Assembly (NCBI GenBank): GCA_963725865.1
Contig: CAVSAC010000014.1
Location: forward strand, 256,001 to 320,000
Reading direction: 5' to 3'
DNA length: 64,000 nt
Source of the DNA: Candidatus Eiseniibacteriota bacterium
GTDB taxonomy: Bacteria > Eisenbacteria > RBG-16-71-46
Shown one piece after another: positions 18,626 to 27,884 of the stretch. The notes under the pieces are model-generated. The model was not told where the DNA came from and ran no database searches. It was given only the letters and a program-made list of their open reading frames with translations. Both the position numbers and the translations under genes were made by a program. The first letter of the stretch is position 1; each line of letters begins with the position of its first letter.

Positions 18626-21395
18626 CGAGCGAGAGCCTCCATTGGGCGCCGGGGCCGTAGTTCGAGGGATCTTCGACCTGCGAGGTACGCAGGTAGTCGG
18701 TGACGCCCTGGAACTGAGTCGGGTCGTAGATGCCCTCGCCCCAGATCCGCCCCCTCCCGGTCACCGGATCGATCCGGTAGATCAGGTGGTTGTTGAAGAT
18801 GTTCGTGCCCGCCAGGCTCACGTCCCACCGGCGCCCGGCGAGCTTGAACCAGCGATTGAGCTTCATGTCGGAGGTGACCTGGAACGGGCCGTTCTCGGAG
18901 TTGGGCTCCGCGGCCTGCGTGCTGGTCAGGCTGAGCGGCGTGAAGGCGCGCCCCGAGGTGCCCTGGATGTAGAGATTGAGCCCCGCTTGCCGCGCCCACG
19001 CGAGCCCGCCGGGCGTGTCCTTGTCGAATCGCAGGTCGAAGTTGAGCGCCAGCTTGTGGGGCCGGTTCCAGCGCACGAACGTCTCGGACAGCCGCGTCTC
19101 GGCGGCGTCGCCGCCGTTCTCCTTCACGACGCGCTGCTCGTTCGCGTCGCTGCTCTTGCCCTTGGTCTGCTGGAACGTGTACGTGAGCTTCGCCGACCAG
19201 TGGCTGCTGCGGCGCTTCTCGAGCTCGATCTCGAAGCCCTTCGAGCGCGCGAAGTGACCGTTCAGGTACACGAAGATGTCCACCAGGCTGGTGCCCTGCG
19301 AGCGCTGGAACGTGGTCGCGGTCGGATAGTCGTACACGTCCTTCACGAAGAACGTCACGTTCGCCGCCGCGGTGCTCGCGAACTGGTGCTTCGCGCCCAC
19401 TTCGTAGTTCACCGAGACCTGCGGGTTCAGGTTCGGGTTGCCGAGCAGCGGGAACGACTCGCTCGAGATCGAGTTGAGCTTGGAGTAGACGTAGCGGTAC
19501 GAGGGGATCTGGGTGAACTGCCCGTAGTTGAAGAAGAACGAGCTGTTCTCGGTGATCGGATGCGCCACGATCACGCGCGGCGAGATCTTGAGCTTGTAGC
19601 GGCGGCCGAAGAACGAGCGTGTGTCGGTGTAGAAGTCCGAGCGGGTGGTGGGCGAGATGTTGGCGTTCGAGGTGTCCGCCATCAGCGCCTCGGCCTCGCG
19701 GCCGACGAACCAGTAGTCCGCGCGCACGCCGACGTTCGCGGTGAAACCCTCGTATTCGAGCCGGTCGCGCAGGAACAGATTGCCGACCATCGGATGCACC
19801 CGCCACAGGTCGTGCGCGCCACCGAGGCCGTTCGGATCGAACACCCACGGATCCTGGATGGTGATGTACTGCACGCTCTGCCACTGGTGCTCGAGGCCCA
19901 GCTCCAGTTCGTGCCGCTTCATGCGCTGCACGTACGTCCATTGGAGCCCGTACGAGGTGGTGCGGCGGTCCGACCAGGTGTTGTCGTCGCCCGAGTCGAC
20001 GAAGTAGTCCGCGCGCTGAGTCGAGTCCGGCAACGAGCGGTCGTCCGGCTCCTCGTACTCCCACCACATCTTGCCCTGCACGTCCTGACGCTGCGCGTAG
20101 AAGTAGCGCGAGAACTGCAGCTCGGTGTAGCCGGTGGTCGAGAGCGTGCGGCGCCACTCGAGTGAGGACTGGGTGTTGTCCTCGAAGATGGTCCCGGAGT
20201 GCGCGATCCGGTGCGCCCACTGCCACGGATACGCGGGATCGCTCTGGTCGCCGCCCGCGGTGATGAACGTGCGGCTGAAGCCCTGGTCGATCCCGATGCG
20301 CTTCGAGAAGTCGAGCGCGACCTTGTCGCGCGCGTTCGGTTTCCAGGTCAGCCCGTAGCGGCCGGACCACCGATTGTCCTGCGAGGGGCTCATGCTCTGC
20401 GGGTACTTGAAGCGATAGCCGAAGAACGCGTCCTCGTACGAGGTGCGCAGGCCGTAGTGCGGCGCCTTGTCGAACAGGTGGTTGAACATCGTGCCCTGCT
20501 CGCCAAGGTACCCGAAGCGAGTCGCGTAGAAACTGCCGGTCAGGTCGACGATCGAGGTCACCGTGCCCGGCACCTTGACCCCGAGCGCCTTCAGCCCCGG
20601 GCGCCACAGCGGGTCGGGTCCGCCCAGCACCAGCTGCCACGCCCGGCCGCCGTAGGAGCCCCCGCTGGTCGTGAGCCCGCCCGCGAGGCGATCGCTGCCC
20701 TCCTTGAGCTTGATCTCGACCACGCCCGAGAGCGCGTTGCCGTAGCGCACGTCGTAGGCGCCGGTGGCCACGTTCACCTCGGCCACGGAGCGGGCGGAGA
20801 GCTGGCCGGCGGTCGACTGCCCGGTCACCAGGTCGCGGTTCGCCACGCCGTTCACCACGAAGATGGTCTCGTCGGCGCGGCCGCCGCGCACGTGGATCTG
20901 CTCGGCGTCGCTGCTGATGCCCGCCTGCTGCTGCAACACGTCGCCGATCGTCTGGACCGGGAGGTTGCGGATCTCGTTCGCGCTCACGCTGCGGATGGTG
21001 GCGCCCTGCTTCACCTCCACCAGGCGCCGCTCCGCGGTCACCTCGATCGCCTTCTCCTCGCGCACCACGACCTCGTCGAGTGCGAAGTTGACGATCGCGG
21101 GCCGCCCGGCGACGACCACCACGCCGGCGTGCAGGTCGGCACGGTATCCCAGGAACTGGACCTTGACGTCGTAGGTGCCGGGCGCCAGGCCGCCGATCAG
21201 GTACTGGCCTTCGGAGTCGGTCAGGCCACCCTTGGGCACACCCACGATGGAGACGGTCGCGAATGCGAGCGCGTGACCGCTGCGCTTGTCGGTCACACGT
21301 CCGGAAATACCGCCCTTGTCCTGAGCCCAGACGGCACAGGCCAGGACGCTGGACAGCAAGATGCAGAAGGCGAGGACGCCGATCGGTCGTGTCAT
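18612..21395 (-). CDS. TonB-dependent receptor with N-terminal carboxypeptidase-regulatory-like domain
   Basis: GISGRVTD..TDSEGQY..PGTYDVKVQFLGY; plug HVRGGRADE..TGAYDVRYGNALSGVV; GNPNLNPQ..YEVG; C-terminal Phe. Confidence 0.93.
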   Translation of the reverse strand: MTRPIGVLAFCILLSSVLACAVWAQDKGGISGRVTDKRSGHALAFATVSIVGVPKGGLTDSEGQYLIGGLAPGTYDVKVQFLGYRADLHAGVVVVAGRPAIVNFALDEVVVREEKAIEVTAERRLVEVKQGATIRSVSANEIRNLPVQTIGDVLQQQAGISSDAEQIHVRGGRADETIFVVNGVANRDLVTGQSTAGQLSARSVAEVNVATGAYDVRYGNALSGVVEIKLKEGSDRLAGGLTTSGGSYGGRAWQLVLGGPDPLWRPGLKALGVKVPGTVTSIVDLTGSFYATRFGYLGEQGTMFNHLFDKAPHYGLRTSYEDAFFGYRFKYPQSMSPSQDNRWSGRYGLTWKPNARDKVALDFSKRIGIDQGFSRTFITAGGDQSDPAYPWQWAHRIAHSGTIFEDNTQSSLEWRRTLSTTGYTELQFSRYFYAQRQDVQGKMWWEYEEPDDRSLPDSTQRADYFVDSGDDNTWSDRRTTSYGLQWTYVQRMKRHELELGLEHQWQSVQYITIQDPWVFDPNGLGGAHDLWRVHPMVGNLFLRDRLEYEGFTANVGVRADYWFVGREAEALMADTSNANISPTTRSDFYTDTRSFFGRRYKLKISPRVIVAHPITENSSFFFNYGQFTQIPSYRYVYSKLNSISSESFPLLGNPNLNPQVSVNYEVGAKHQFASTAAANVTFFVKDVYDYPTATTFQRSQGTSLVDIFVYLNGHFARSKGFEIELEKRRSSHWSAKLTYTFQQTKGKSSDANEQRVVKENGGDAAETRLSETFVRWNRPHKLALNFDLRFDKDTPGGLAWARQAGLNLYIQGTSGRAFTPLSLTSTQAAEPNSENGPFQVTSDMKLNRWFKLAGRRWDVSLAGTNIFNNHLIYRIDPVTGRGRIWGEGIYDPTQFQGVTDYLRTSQVEDPSNYGPGAQWRLSLDVDF

Positions 21396-21532
21396 CTCGA
21401 GTGCCAGACGTTGAGCCGTAGGGGGACGGAGACCGTATAGGCCGGCCGCTCCGGGGTCAAGTGTACTCACCGCACGCGGATGCGTGCGAGCGCCGAGTCG
21501 TGCCGCGTCGAACCCCCGCTGGCCGGCGTCGG

Positions 21533-23512
21533 TCAGAACGATTCACGATCCGATTTCACGATCAGGAACTTTCCCTGCTGAGTGCGCCCGCCGTCGAGAT
21601 CCTCGACCGAGAACAGGTACAGGCCACTCGCCGCCGCCTGCCCCTCCCGCGTGATCAGATCCCACGCGAAGGACGCGCCCGACATCGCTGGCGGGCCGGT
21701 GTCGCGGTCCTGGTTCGGATCGTAGAGCCCGCGGGCTCCCTCGCCCCGATAGCGGTCGCCGTCGAACCGCGTGTCGAACACCAGGTCACCCGCCAGGGTG
21801 TAGATCCTCAGCACGCAGCGGCGCGGCAGGTTCGCGAACCACAGGTAGTGGTCGCGCACCAGCGTGCCCCGATCCCAGCGCGCCTCGACGCGGTACGGAT
21901 TCGGATACACGGTCACGCCTCCCCGCCGTGCGCCGGGCGCGGGATTCGGGACCGCCATGAACTTGTTCTGCCCGACGCCGCTCTCGAGACTGGTGGTCTG
22001 GGCGTCGCCGATGTCGTACGCGGTCACCGCGCCCCAGTACGAGAAGCCGTCCCGCAGCTGGTCGGCCCGCAGGTGGTACGGGTACGCGATCCCGTCGAAG
22101 AACTTCGGGGTGGGCAGGCGGACCGCGTCGAGCCCGGTGTTGAAGCCAGTGGTGTCCGAGAGGTCGTACTGCGCGATCCGCGTGGGGTTCTGCCGGTCGG
22201 ACGACAGATAGACGCGATAGCCCTCGAAATCCCGGCCCCCCGGCATCGGGCTGGTGGGATCGGACGCGCTCTCCGAGGAATCGTCCCAGTACAGGTCGAC
22301 GCACCGCGCTCCGGTCTCGACGTGCAGCCGCGGCGACGGCGGGGGCGCGGGCAGCCGGTAGCCGATGTCGTACGCGAATTGCGCGTAGTCGGCGCTCGCC
22401 GTCAATCCGGCCTCGTCGTCGCCGCCGACGAAAGCGAAGTCGATCGTGATCGAGTCCTCGGGAGCGATGGACGAGAACGGGCCGACCGACAGCACCATGA
22501 TCGGCGAGCAGCCCGCCCCCGGCACGCAGGTGCGCGGATCCATCCGCGCGCCGTTCGAGAGGACGCCGTAGCGCTTGAGGTCGCTGTCGCGCGCGGTGTC
22601 ACCGGGACTGAACGACCACCAGTTGAAGCTGACCGTGCGCGAGTCGATGCCGCCGGGCCGCGCGCCCAGCAGCCGCACGCCCGCCCACGGCGGGCAGTAC
22701 GGCACGTCGCAGCCCGCGGGCACCGGCAGCGCGGCGCAGAAGCGTTCGCGGTAGAGCCGGCGCGTGGCGTCGAAGTCGGCGTAGGTGCGGTAGTACCACG
22801 AGCCCGGCCCCGAGGTGGCCGAGGGCGGCCACGTGGAGTAGGCGTTCTTGGGACCGCTCACCAGCTGCGCGTAGAGCCCGACCCACGCGTCCTGCAGAGG
22901 CGGGCCGTGGTTCACGATCGTGAACTGGACCGCGACGAAGCCGTCCGCGGCCTGCAGCCCGAACGACAGCACGCGCTGGCGCACCTCGATCTGCAGTGGG
23001 GTGTGGCGCTCGTTCTGATAGCCCGACGCCGGCTTGGCCGGAGTGTCGCGGTACACGCAGAGCAGGTCCTCGTCCGAGATCGCGTCGGGCGAGTAGAACC
23101 GGCTGTTCGAGATGCGCGAGCGGCGGCTGATCTCCACGCCGGCGGGCGTGAACTCGGTCTCGGACGGACCGCCGGAGCCCTGGGTGTTGTCGACCACCGC
23201 GCTCGAGACGCCCGTGAATCGGCCGGTGTCCGAGAGCGCGATCGCGCCCACCCACAGCCCGGCGCGCGCCATGTGCTCGTAGCCGGTGCCGACCGGGAAC
23301 TCGAACGAGGGGGCACGTGAGACGAAGTTGTTCCCGAAGAAGCCGTAGTTCGAGATCGTCAGCCCCACGCGGTTCATCGAGGTGTAGGCGATCGCGTACT
23401 TGACGGTGTCGGCCTGCGCGCCGGCTCCGGCGGGGGCGGGTGTCGCGGCCGTCAGCACGGCGGCGGTCAGCAGGCAGGCGAGCGGGGCGCGGCACGCGGC
23501 GGGGGGACGCAT
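21533..23512 (-). CDS. Secreted protein (paralogue 2 of 14457..16472)
   Basis: Colinear with paralogue 1: SNYGFFGNNF, TEFTPAG, KNAYSTWPPS..GPGSW, PPPSPRL, DFEGYRVY, TTGFNTGL, PNPYRVEARWDRG, GKFLIVKSDRESF. Confidence 0.8.
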   Translation of the reverse strand: MRPPAACRAPLACLLTAAVLTAATPAPAGAGAQADTVKYAIAYTSMNRVGLTISNYGFFGNNFVSRAPSFEFPVGTGYEHMARAGLWVGAIALSDTGRFTGVSSAVVDNTQGSGGPSETEFTPAGVEISRRSRISNSRFYSPDAISDEDLLCVYRDTPAKPASGYQNERHTPLQIEVRQRVLSFGLQAADGFVAVQFTIVNHGPPLQDAWVGLYAQLVSGPKNAYSTWPPSATSGPGSWYYRTYADFDATRRLYRERFCAALPVPAGCDVPYCPPWAGVRLLGARPGGIDSRTVSFNWWSFSPGDTARDSDLKRYGVLSNGARMDPRTCVPGAGCSPIMVLSVGPFSSIAPEDSITIDFAFVGGDDEAGLTASADYAQFAYDIGYRLPAPPPSPRLHVETGARCVDLYWDDSSESASDPTSPMPGGRDFEGYRVYLSSDRQNPTRIAQYDLSDTTGFNTGLDAVRLPTPKFFDGIAYPYHLRADQLRDGFSYWGAVTAYDIGDAQTTSLESGVGQNKFMAVPNPAPGARRGGVTVYPNPYRVEARWDRGTLVRDHYLWFANLPRRCVLRIYTLAGDLVFDTRFDGDRYRGEGARGLYDPNQDRDTGPPAMSGASFAWDLITREGQAAASGLYLFSVEDLDGGRTQQGKFLIVKSDRESF

Positions 23513-23515
23513 GGC

Positions 23516-24592
23516 CTACATGCTCGTGATGCGGCGGTCGTACTCGTCGGGGAACTCTTCCATGAAGATCCGGTCGATCTCCAGGTTCACCTCGCGCAGC
23601 ATGCGGGCCTTCTGCGCGTACGGCATGAAGGAGGACTTGAACCCGTTGATGATGATGCGCTTGATCTCGTACGGCGTGAGCCGGAACGCGCGCGCCGCCA
23701 GGAAGATCTCCCTCGACACCGTGGTGTTCGAGACCAGCCGGTTGTCGGTGTTGAGCGTCACGCGCAGGCCCTGGCGGAAGTAGAAGCCGAACGGGTGCTC
23801 GCGCACGCCGCGCACCGCGCGGGTCTGTACGTTCGACGACACGCAGACCTCGAGCGGGATGCGGTGGTCGTTCACGTAGCGCATCAGATCCGGGTCCTCG
23901 AGCAGCCGCGTGCCGTGGCCGATGCGATGGGCGCCGCAGTAGTGCAGCGCCTGCGAGATGCTGGCGGCCCCGAACGCCTCCCCCGCGTGCACCGTGCTGT
24001 TGATGTTCTTCTTGAGGATCAACTGGAACGCCTCGCGGTGGGCCTTGGCCGGATAGTCCTTCTCCTGCCCCGCGAGATCGAACGCGAGCACGCCGCGGCC
24101 CTTGTAGGCCACCGCCAGCTCCGCCAGCTCCAGCGACACCCGGGGGTCCATCGAGCGGATCCCGCACACGATCACGCCGGTCGAGACCCGGTACTTGGTG
24201 CCGGCGTCCCTCAGCCCCGCGATCACCGGGTCGACGATGTCGCCGAAGCCGAGCTTGCGCTTGCGATGGAGGATCGGCGAGTAGCGCACCTCCAGGTGCC
24301 GTACGCCCTCGGCCGCCGCGTCCTCGGCGAGCTCGTACGAGATCCGGTAGAGCGCCTCCTTCTCCTGCATCACCGCGAGCGTGTGATCGAAGATCTTGAG
24401 GTAGTCCGCCAGATTGCGCGTGCGCGAGCCCGCCTGCAGCCAGTGCGTGACGCGGCGCAGCCCGCTCACCGGGAGCCGGTAGCCCTGGGCGGTGGCGAGC
24501 TCGAGGAACGTGGCCGGTCGCAGCGAGCCATCGAGATGGCAGTGGATGTCGGTCTTGGGGAGCCTGTGGATGACCCGATGGGAGAGTCGCAT
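23516..24592 (-). CDS. add: Adenosine deaminase
   Basis: LPKTDIHCHLDGSLRP, LEVRYSP, FDLAGQE, TVHAGE, RIGHG, EVCVSSN, NTDN. An alternative GTG start lies at 24610. Confidence 0.93.
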   Translation of the reverse strand: MRLSHRVIHRLPKTDIHCHLDGSLRPATFLELATAQGYRLPVSGLRRVTHWLQAGSRTRNLADYLKIFDHTLAVMQEKEALYRISYELAEDAAAEGVRHLEVRYSPILHRKRKLGFGDIVDPVIAGLRDAGTKYRVSTGVIVCGIRSMDPRVSLELAELAVAYKGRGVLAFDLAGQEKDYPAKAHREAFQLILKKNINSTVHAGEAFGAASISQALHYCGAHRIGHGTRLLEDPDLMRYVNDHRIPLEVCVSSNVQTRAVRGVREHPFGFYFRQGLRVTLNTDNRLVSNTTVSREIFLAARAFRLTPYEIKRIIINGFKSSFMPYAQKARMLREVNLEIDRIFMEEFPDEYDRRITSM

Positions 24593-24642
24593 GAGCCTCG
24601 TCGATATCACGGCGCCTGGCGGCGCCTGCTGCGCGCGGCGGC

Positions 24643-25197
24643 CTAGCGGCCGCGTTCGAGCGCCATGATCTTCTGGACGCGGCGCTCGTGACGGCCGCCG
24701 CCGAATGGAGTCGTCAGGAACAGCTTCACCAGCCGCTGCGCCAGGCCGCGATTCACGACCTTGGCGCCGAGCGCCATGATGTTGGCGTCGTTGTGTTCGC
24801 GACTGTTGAGCGCGGTCGCGTCGTCGTGCACCAGCGCACAGCGCGCGCCCGGCACCTTGTTCGCCGCCATCGAGGAGCCGATGCCGGCCGCGTCGATCAC
24901 CACCCCGCGCGCGCAACGTCCGGCTGCGACCTCGCGCGCCACCGCGGCGGCGATGTCGGGATAGTCCACCGCGTCGGTGGACCAGGTGCCGCAATCGTGG
25001 ACCGTCCAGCCCAGCTCGTCCCCGATGTACTGCTTGAGGATCTCCTTGAGCGGGAAGCCCCCGTGATCCCCGCCGAGCGCGACCCGCCGCTCGGCGCCGG
25101 CCGGCCGCTCCGTGGCGGCGGCGGCATCGGGCCCGAGGGTGCGATCCACGACTTCGCGCACCAGGCGGCGGACATCGGACTCGTCGAGGTGGGACAT
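24643..25197 (-). CDS. rpiB: RpiB/LacA/LacB sugar-phosphate isomerase with N-terminal amphipathic extension
   Basis: ALGGDHGGF, VDYPD, GIGSSMAANKVPG, SREHNDAN, FGGGRHERRV. Confidence 0.9.
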   Translation of the reverse strand: MSHLDESDVRRLVREVVDRTLGPDAAAATERPAGAERRVALGGDHGGFPLKEILKQYIGDELGWTVHDCGTWSTDAVDYPDIAAAVAREVAAGRCARGVVIDAAGIGSSMAANKVPGARCALVHDDATALNSREHNDANIMALGAKVVNRGLAQRLVKLFLTTPFGGGRHERRVQKIMALERGR

Positions 25198-25343
25198 GAT
25201 CGAGGGAGTCTAGGGACCGGTGCGCGGCGCGGTCAAGGCACGGCGCCCGCGGCGCGCGGGTGCGCGGCGGGCGGCGCTCGCGGTACAATGCCTGCCCGTC
25301 GCCGCGCCCCGCCCCCGGGTCGCCCACACCTCCAGGAGACCGC

Positions 25344-26714
25344 GTGAACCGTTCCATGCTGAGCTGGGTCGCTCCCGTCATGCTCCTCGCCGCGGCCGCA
25401 CTCGGCCCGCTCCCGGCTGCCGCGGCCGGCCCCACCACCCTTCCCGACAGCACCCGGGTCGACCAGTGGAGCCTTTCGAACGGCCTGCGGGTCACCACCC
25501 GCGAGGTCCCCGGCGCCAGCAGCGTGGCGATCACCGTGGCGTACGGCAGTGGCTCCGCCGCCGACCCGGTCGGGCGCGAGGGACTGGCCTGGCTGCTCGC
25601 CGAGGCGCGGTTCATGGCGGCGGCCGGCGACGTCCCGGAGCGCTCGCGCGGGGAGATGCAGAGCCTGCGGCCGGGCGGCTGGCGTGTGAAGGTGCTGCCG
25701 CGCGCCACCCTGTTCATCGAGCTCGCCACCCCGCAGCAGTTCCCGGGCGTGCTGCACCAGACCGCCACGCGGATGCGCGGGGTGCGACTCACCCCGGTGC
25801 TGATCGAGCAGGCGACCGCGGCCGTGCGCGGAGATCTCGGCGGCTTCTACGCCCGCGATCCCGACTCCGTGTCGTGGGCGCTGCCGCGCGAGCTGGCGGC
25901 GGGCGCCGACTCGGCGGCGCTCGCGCGCCTGGCGAGCGGCGGCGCGCTCGAGGCCGTGACCATGCGCGAGGTGGAGCGCGTGATGCGCGAGCGCTTCGTG
26001 CCGGCCAACGCGACGCTCGCCATCGCCGGCGAGTTCTCGGGGATCGACCTGCACGCGTTCCTCGAGCGCGAGTTCGGGAGCATCCCGGCGGGCACGCCAC
26101 CGCCACCCACGAAGGTGGCGCTGCGCCCCGCGGCCGCCACGCTGACCCTGCCGGGCCTGACCGCGCCGCTGGCGGTGGTCGGCGTCATCGCACCGGCGGT
26201 CACCGACATCGATCATGCCGAGTTCTACCTCGCCGCGCTGCTGATGGCCTCGCGGGCGCGGTCGCTGTGGGGCGACCCCCAGCCGCCCGGCACGTCGCGC
26301 TTCAAGTTCTCGCTCTTCGACGATCCGGATCTGGTGCGCTTCTACCCGCCCATCGATCCGGAGCAGGGCGACACCACCTGGGTCGGCGCGCGGCTCGAAG
26401 AGGTGCTGGATCCGATGTCCCGGACGGTGATCCCACCCGACGTGGTCGACGGCATCAAGCGCGGCGTGTACTGGCTGCTCGGCGGAGCGATGCCGTCCGA
26501 GCTCGCACGACGGGCGCCGGGCGACCCCGCCGTGATCACCAACTTGTCGAGCACCATGGCGATGCGCGCACTGTGGCAGCCGGAGTCGTTCTGGGCCGAG
26601 TATCGGACCCGCTTCGGGAACGTCGAGACCGTGCCCCTCGAGACCTGGGTGCGCTACGCGCTCGATCGCCAGCACCAGGTCAGGCTGGTGCTCGAGGCCG
26701 CCGCGGCCCGCTGA
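25344..26714 (+). CDS. M16 (insulinase)-family protein, probably non-catalytic, exported
   Basis: LSNGLRV, GSAADPVGREGLA, RFVPANATLAIAG; the HxxEH position reads WLLAE; signal peptide. Confidence 0.75.
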   Translation: MNRSMLSWVAPVMLLAAAALGPLPAAAAGPTTLPDSTRVDQWSLSNGLRVTTREVPGASSVAITVAYGSGSAADPVGREGLAWLLAEARFMAAAGDVPERSRGEMQSLRPGGWRVKVLPRATLFIELATPQQFPGVLHQTATRMRGVRLTPVLIEQATAAVRGDLGGFYARDPDSVSWALPRELAAGADSAALARLASGGALEAVTMREVERVMRERFVPANATLAIAGEFSGIDLHAFLEREFGSIPAGTPPPPTKVALRPAAATLTLPGLTAPLAVVGVIAPAVTDIDHAEFYLAALLMASRARSLWGDPQPPGTSRFKFSLFDDPDLVRFYPPIDPEQGDTTWVGARLEEVLDPMSRTVIPPDVVDGIKRGVYWLLGGAMPSELARRAPGDPAVITNLSSTMAMRALWQPESFWAEYRTRFGNVETVPLETWVRYALDRQHQVRLVLEAAAAR

Positions 26715-26718
26715 GCGC

Positions 26719-27027
26719 TCACCCCGGCCGCGCGCGGTGCCGCGCCAGCTCCTCCATGCGGGTGGCGAGCGCGACGTCGCGGGCGGTGATGCCGCCGGCG
26801 TCGTGCGTCACGAGGTCCACCACCACCGTGTGGTAGACGTTCGACCACTCGGGATGGTGATCCATCGACTGGGCCACGATCGCGGCCTCGGTCATGAACC
26901 CCCACGCCTCGATGAAGTCCCTGAAGCGATACTCGCGGTGCAGCTTCTCCCCCACCACCTGCCAGCCGGGCAGCGCCGCCAACGCCGTGCGGAGCTCGGG
27001 CTCGGCGAGCCGGGCGATCGTCGCCAT
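26719..27027 (-). CDS. Pterin-4-alpha-carbinolamine dehydratase
   Basis: FRDFIEAWGFM, DHHPEW..VY..V..DLVTHDAGGITARD. Confidence 0.93.
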   Translation of the reverse strand: MATIARLAEPELRTALAALPGWQVVGEKLHREYRFRDFIEAWGFMTEAAIVAQSMDHHPEWSNVYHTVVVDLVTHDAGGITARDVALATRMEELARHRARPG

Positions 27028-27147
27028 CGTGCGCCTCCTCTCCCGCGGCCGCTCGCCGCGTGCCCGGATTCGATGCATCGGGGCGGGCGCGCGATGCGCC
27101 CGCGCGCGCGTTGCTTCGCCGGGGGGTGGATGCTACCGTGCGCTTCC

Positions 27148-27798
27148 ATGTCGCGGCGCATCCTGATCGGCATCGCGGGGGGGTCGGGCTCGGGCAAGAC
27201 GCTCGTGGCGCGCACCATCGTCCGCGAACTGGGTTCTGACCGCGTCGTCATCATCGATCAGGACTCCTACTACAAGAACCTCGAGGACATCCCGCTCCGC
27301 GACCGCGAGGCGCGCAACTTCGACCACCCCGACGCGTTCGACAACGGCCTGCTGGTGCAGCACATCCAGGACCTGCTCGCGGGGCGCCCGGTCGAGCAGC
27401 CGATCTACGACTACGCCGAACACCGCCGGCTGGCCGAGACCCGCCACATCGGCGATCACCACATCATCGTGCTCGAGGGCATCCTGATCTTCCACGAGCC
27501 CGAGCTGCGCGACCTGATGCACATCAAGCTGTTCATCGACGCCGACCCCGACGTGCGCTTCATCCGCCGCCTGCGCCGCGACATCATCGAGCGCGGCCGC
27601 TCGGTGGACAGCGTGATCCGCCAGTACGAGGAGAGCGTGCGGCCGATGCACCTGCAGTTCGTGGACCCGGCCAAGCGCTACGCCGACGTCATCATCCCCG
27701 AGGGCGGGCACAACAAGGTCGCGATCGACCTGGTGAAGACCAAGATCCGCTCCCTGCTGCGCGAGGCCGAGCGCGAGGACGCGCCCGCGCGCTCGTAG
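27148..27798 (+). CDS. udk: Uridine kinase
   Basis: IGIAGGSGSGKT, QDSYY, NFDHPDAFD, LEGIL, RRLRRDI.ERGR, VRPMH..F..P.KRYAD.IIPEGG.N. Confidence 0.96.
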   Translation: MSRRILIGIAGGSGSGKTLVARTIVRELGSDRVVIIDQDSYYKNLEDIPLRDREARNFDHPDAFDNGLLVQHIQDLLAGRPVEQPIYDYAEHRRLAETRHIGDHHIIVLEGILIFHEPELRDLMHIKLFIDADPDVRFIRRLRRDIIERGRSVDSVIRQYEESVRPMHLQFVDPAKRYADVIIPEGGHNKVAIDLVKTKIRSLLREAEREDAPARS

Positions 27799-27819
27799 GC
27801 GGCATCGATGGCGTCACGA

Positions 27820-27851
27820 CGAAGGCCCCGGTCACCCGACCGGGGCCTTCG
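27820..27851. terminator. Hairpin between convergent udk and debranching-enzyme genes
   Basis: cgaaggccccggtc-accc-gaccggggccttcg, a perfect 14-bp stem. Confidence 0.7.
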
Positions 27852-27884
27852 CGTTGCCGACTCGCCTGCCGCGCGGAGGGCGCG

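Noticed and set aside
12964..25792. Apparent large fusion ORFs 12964..15921, 16473..18566 and 23516..25792
   Set aside because: The N-terminal parts are off-frame read-through of upstream genes. The real starts are 14454, 17615 and ~24592.
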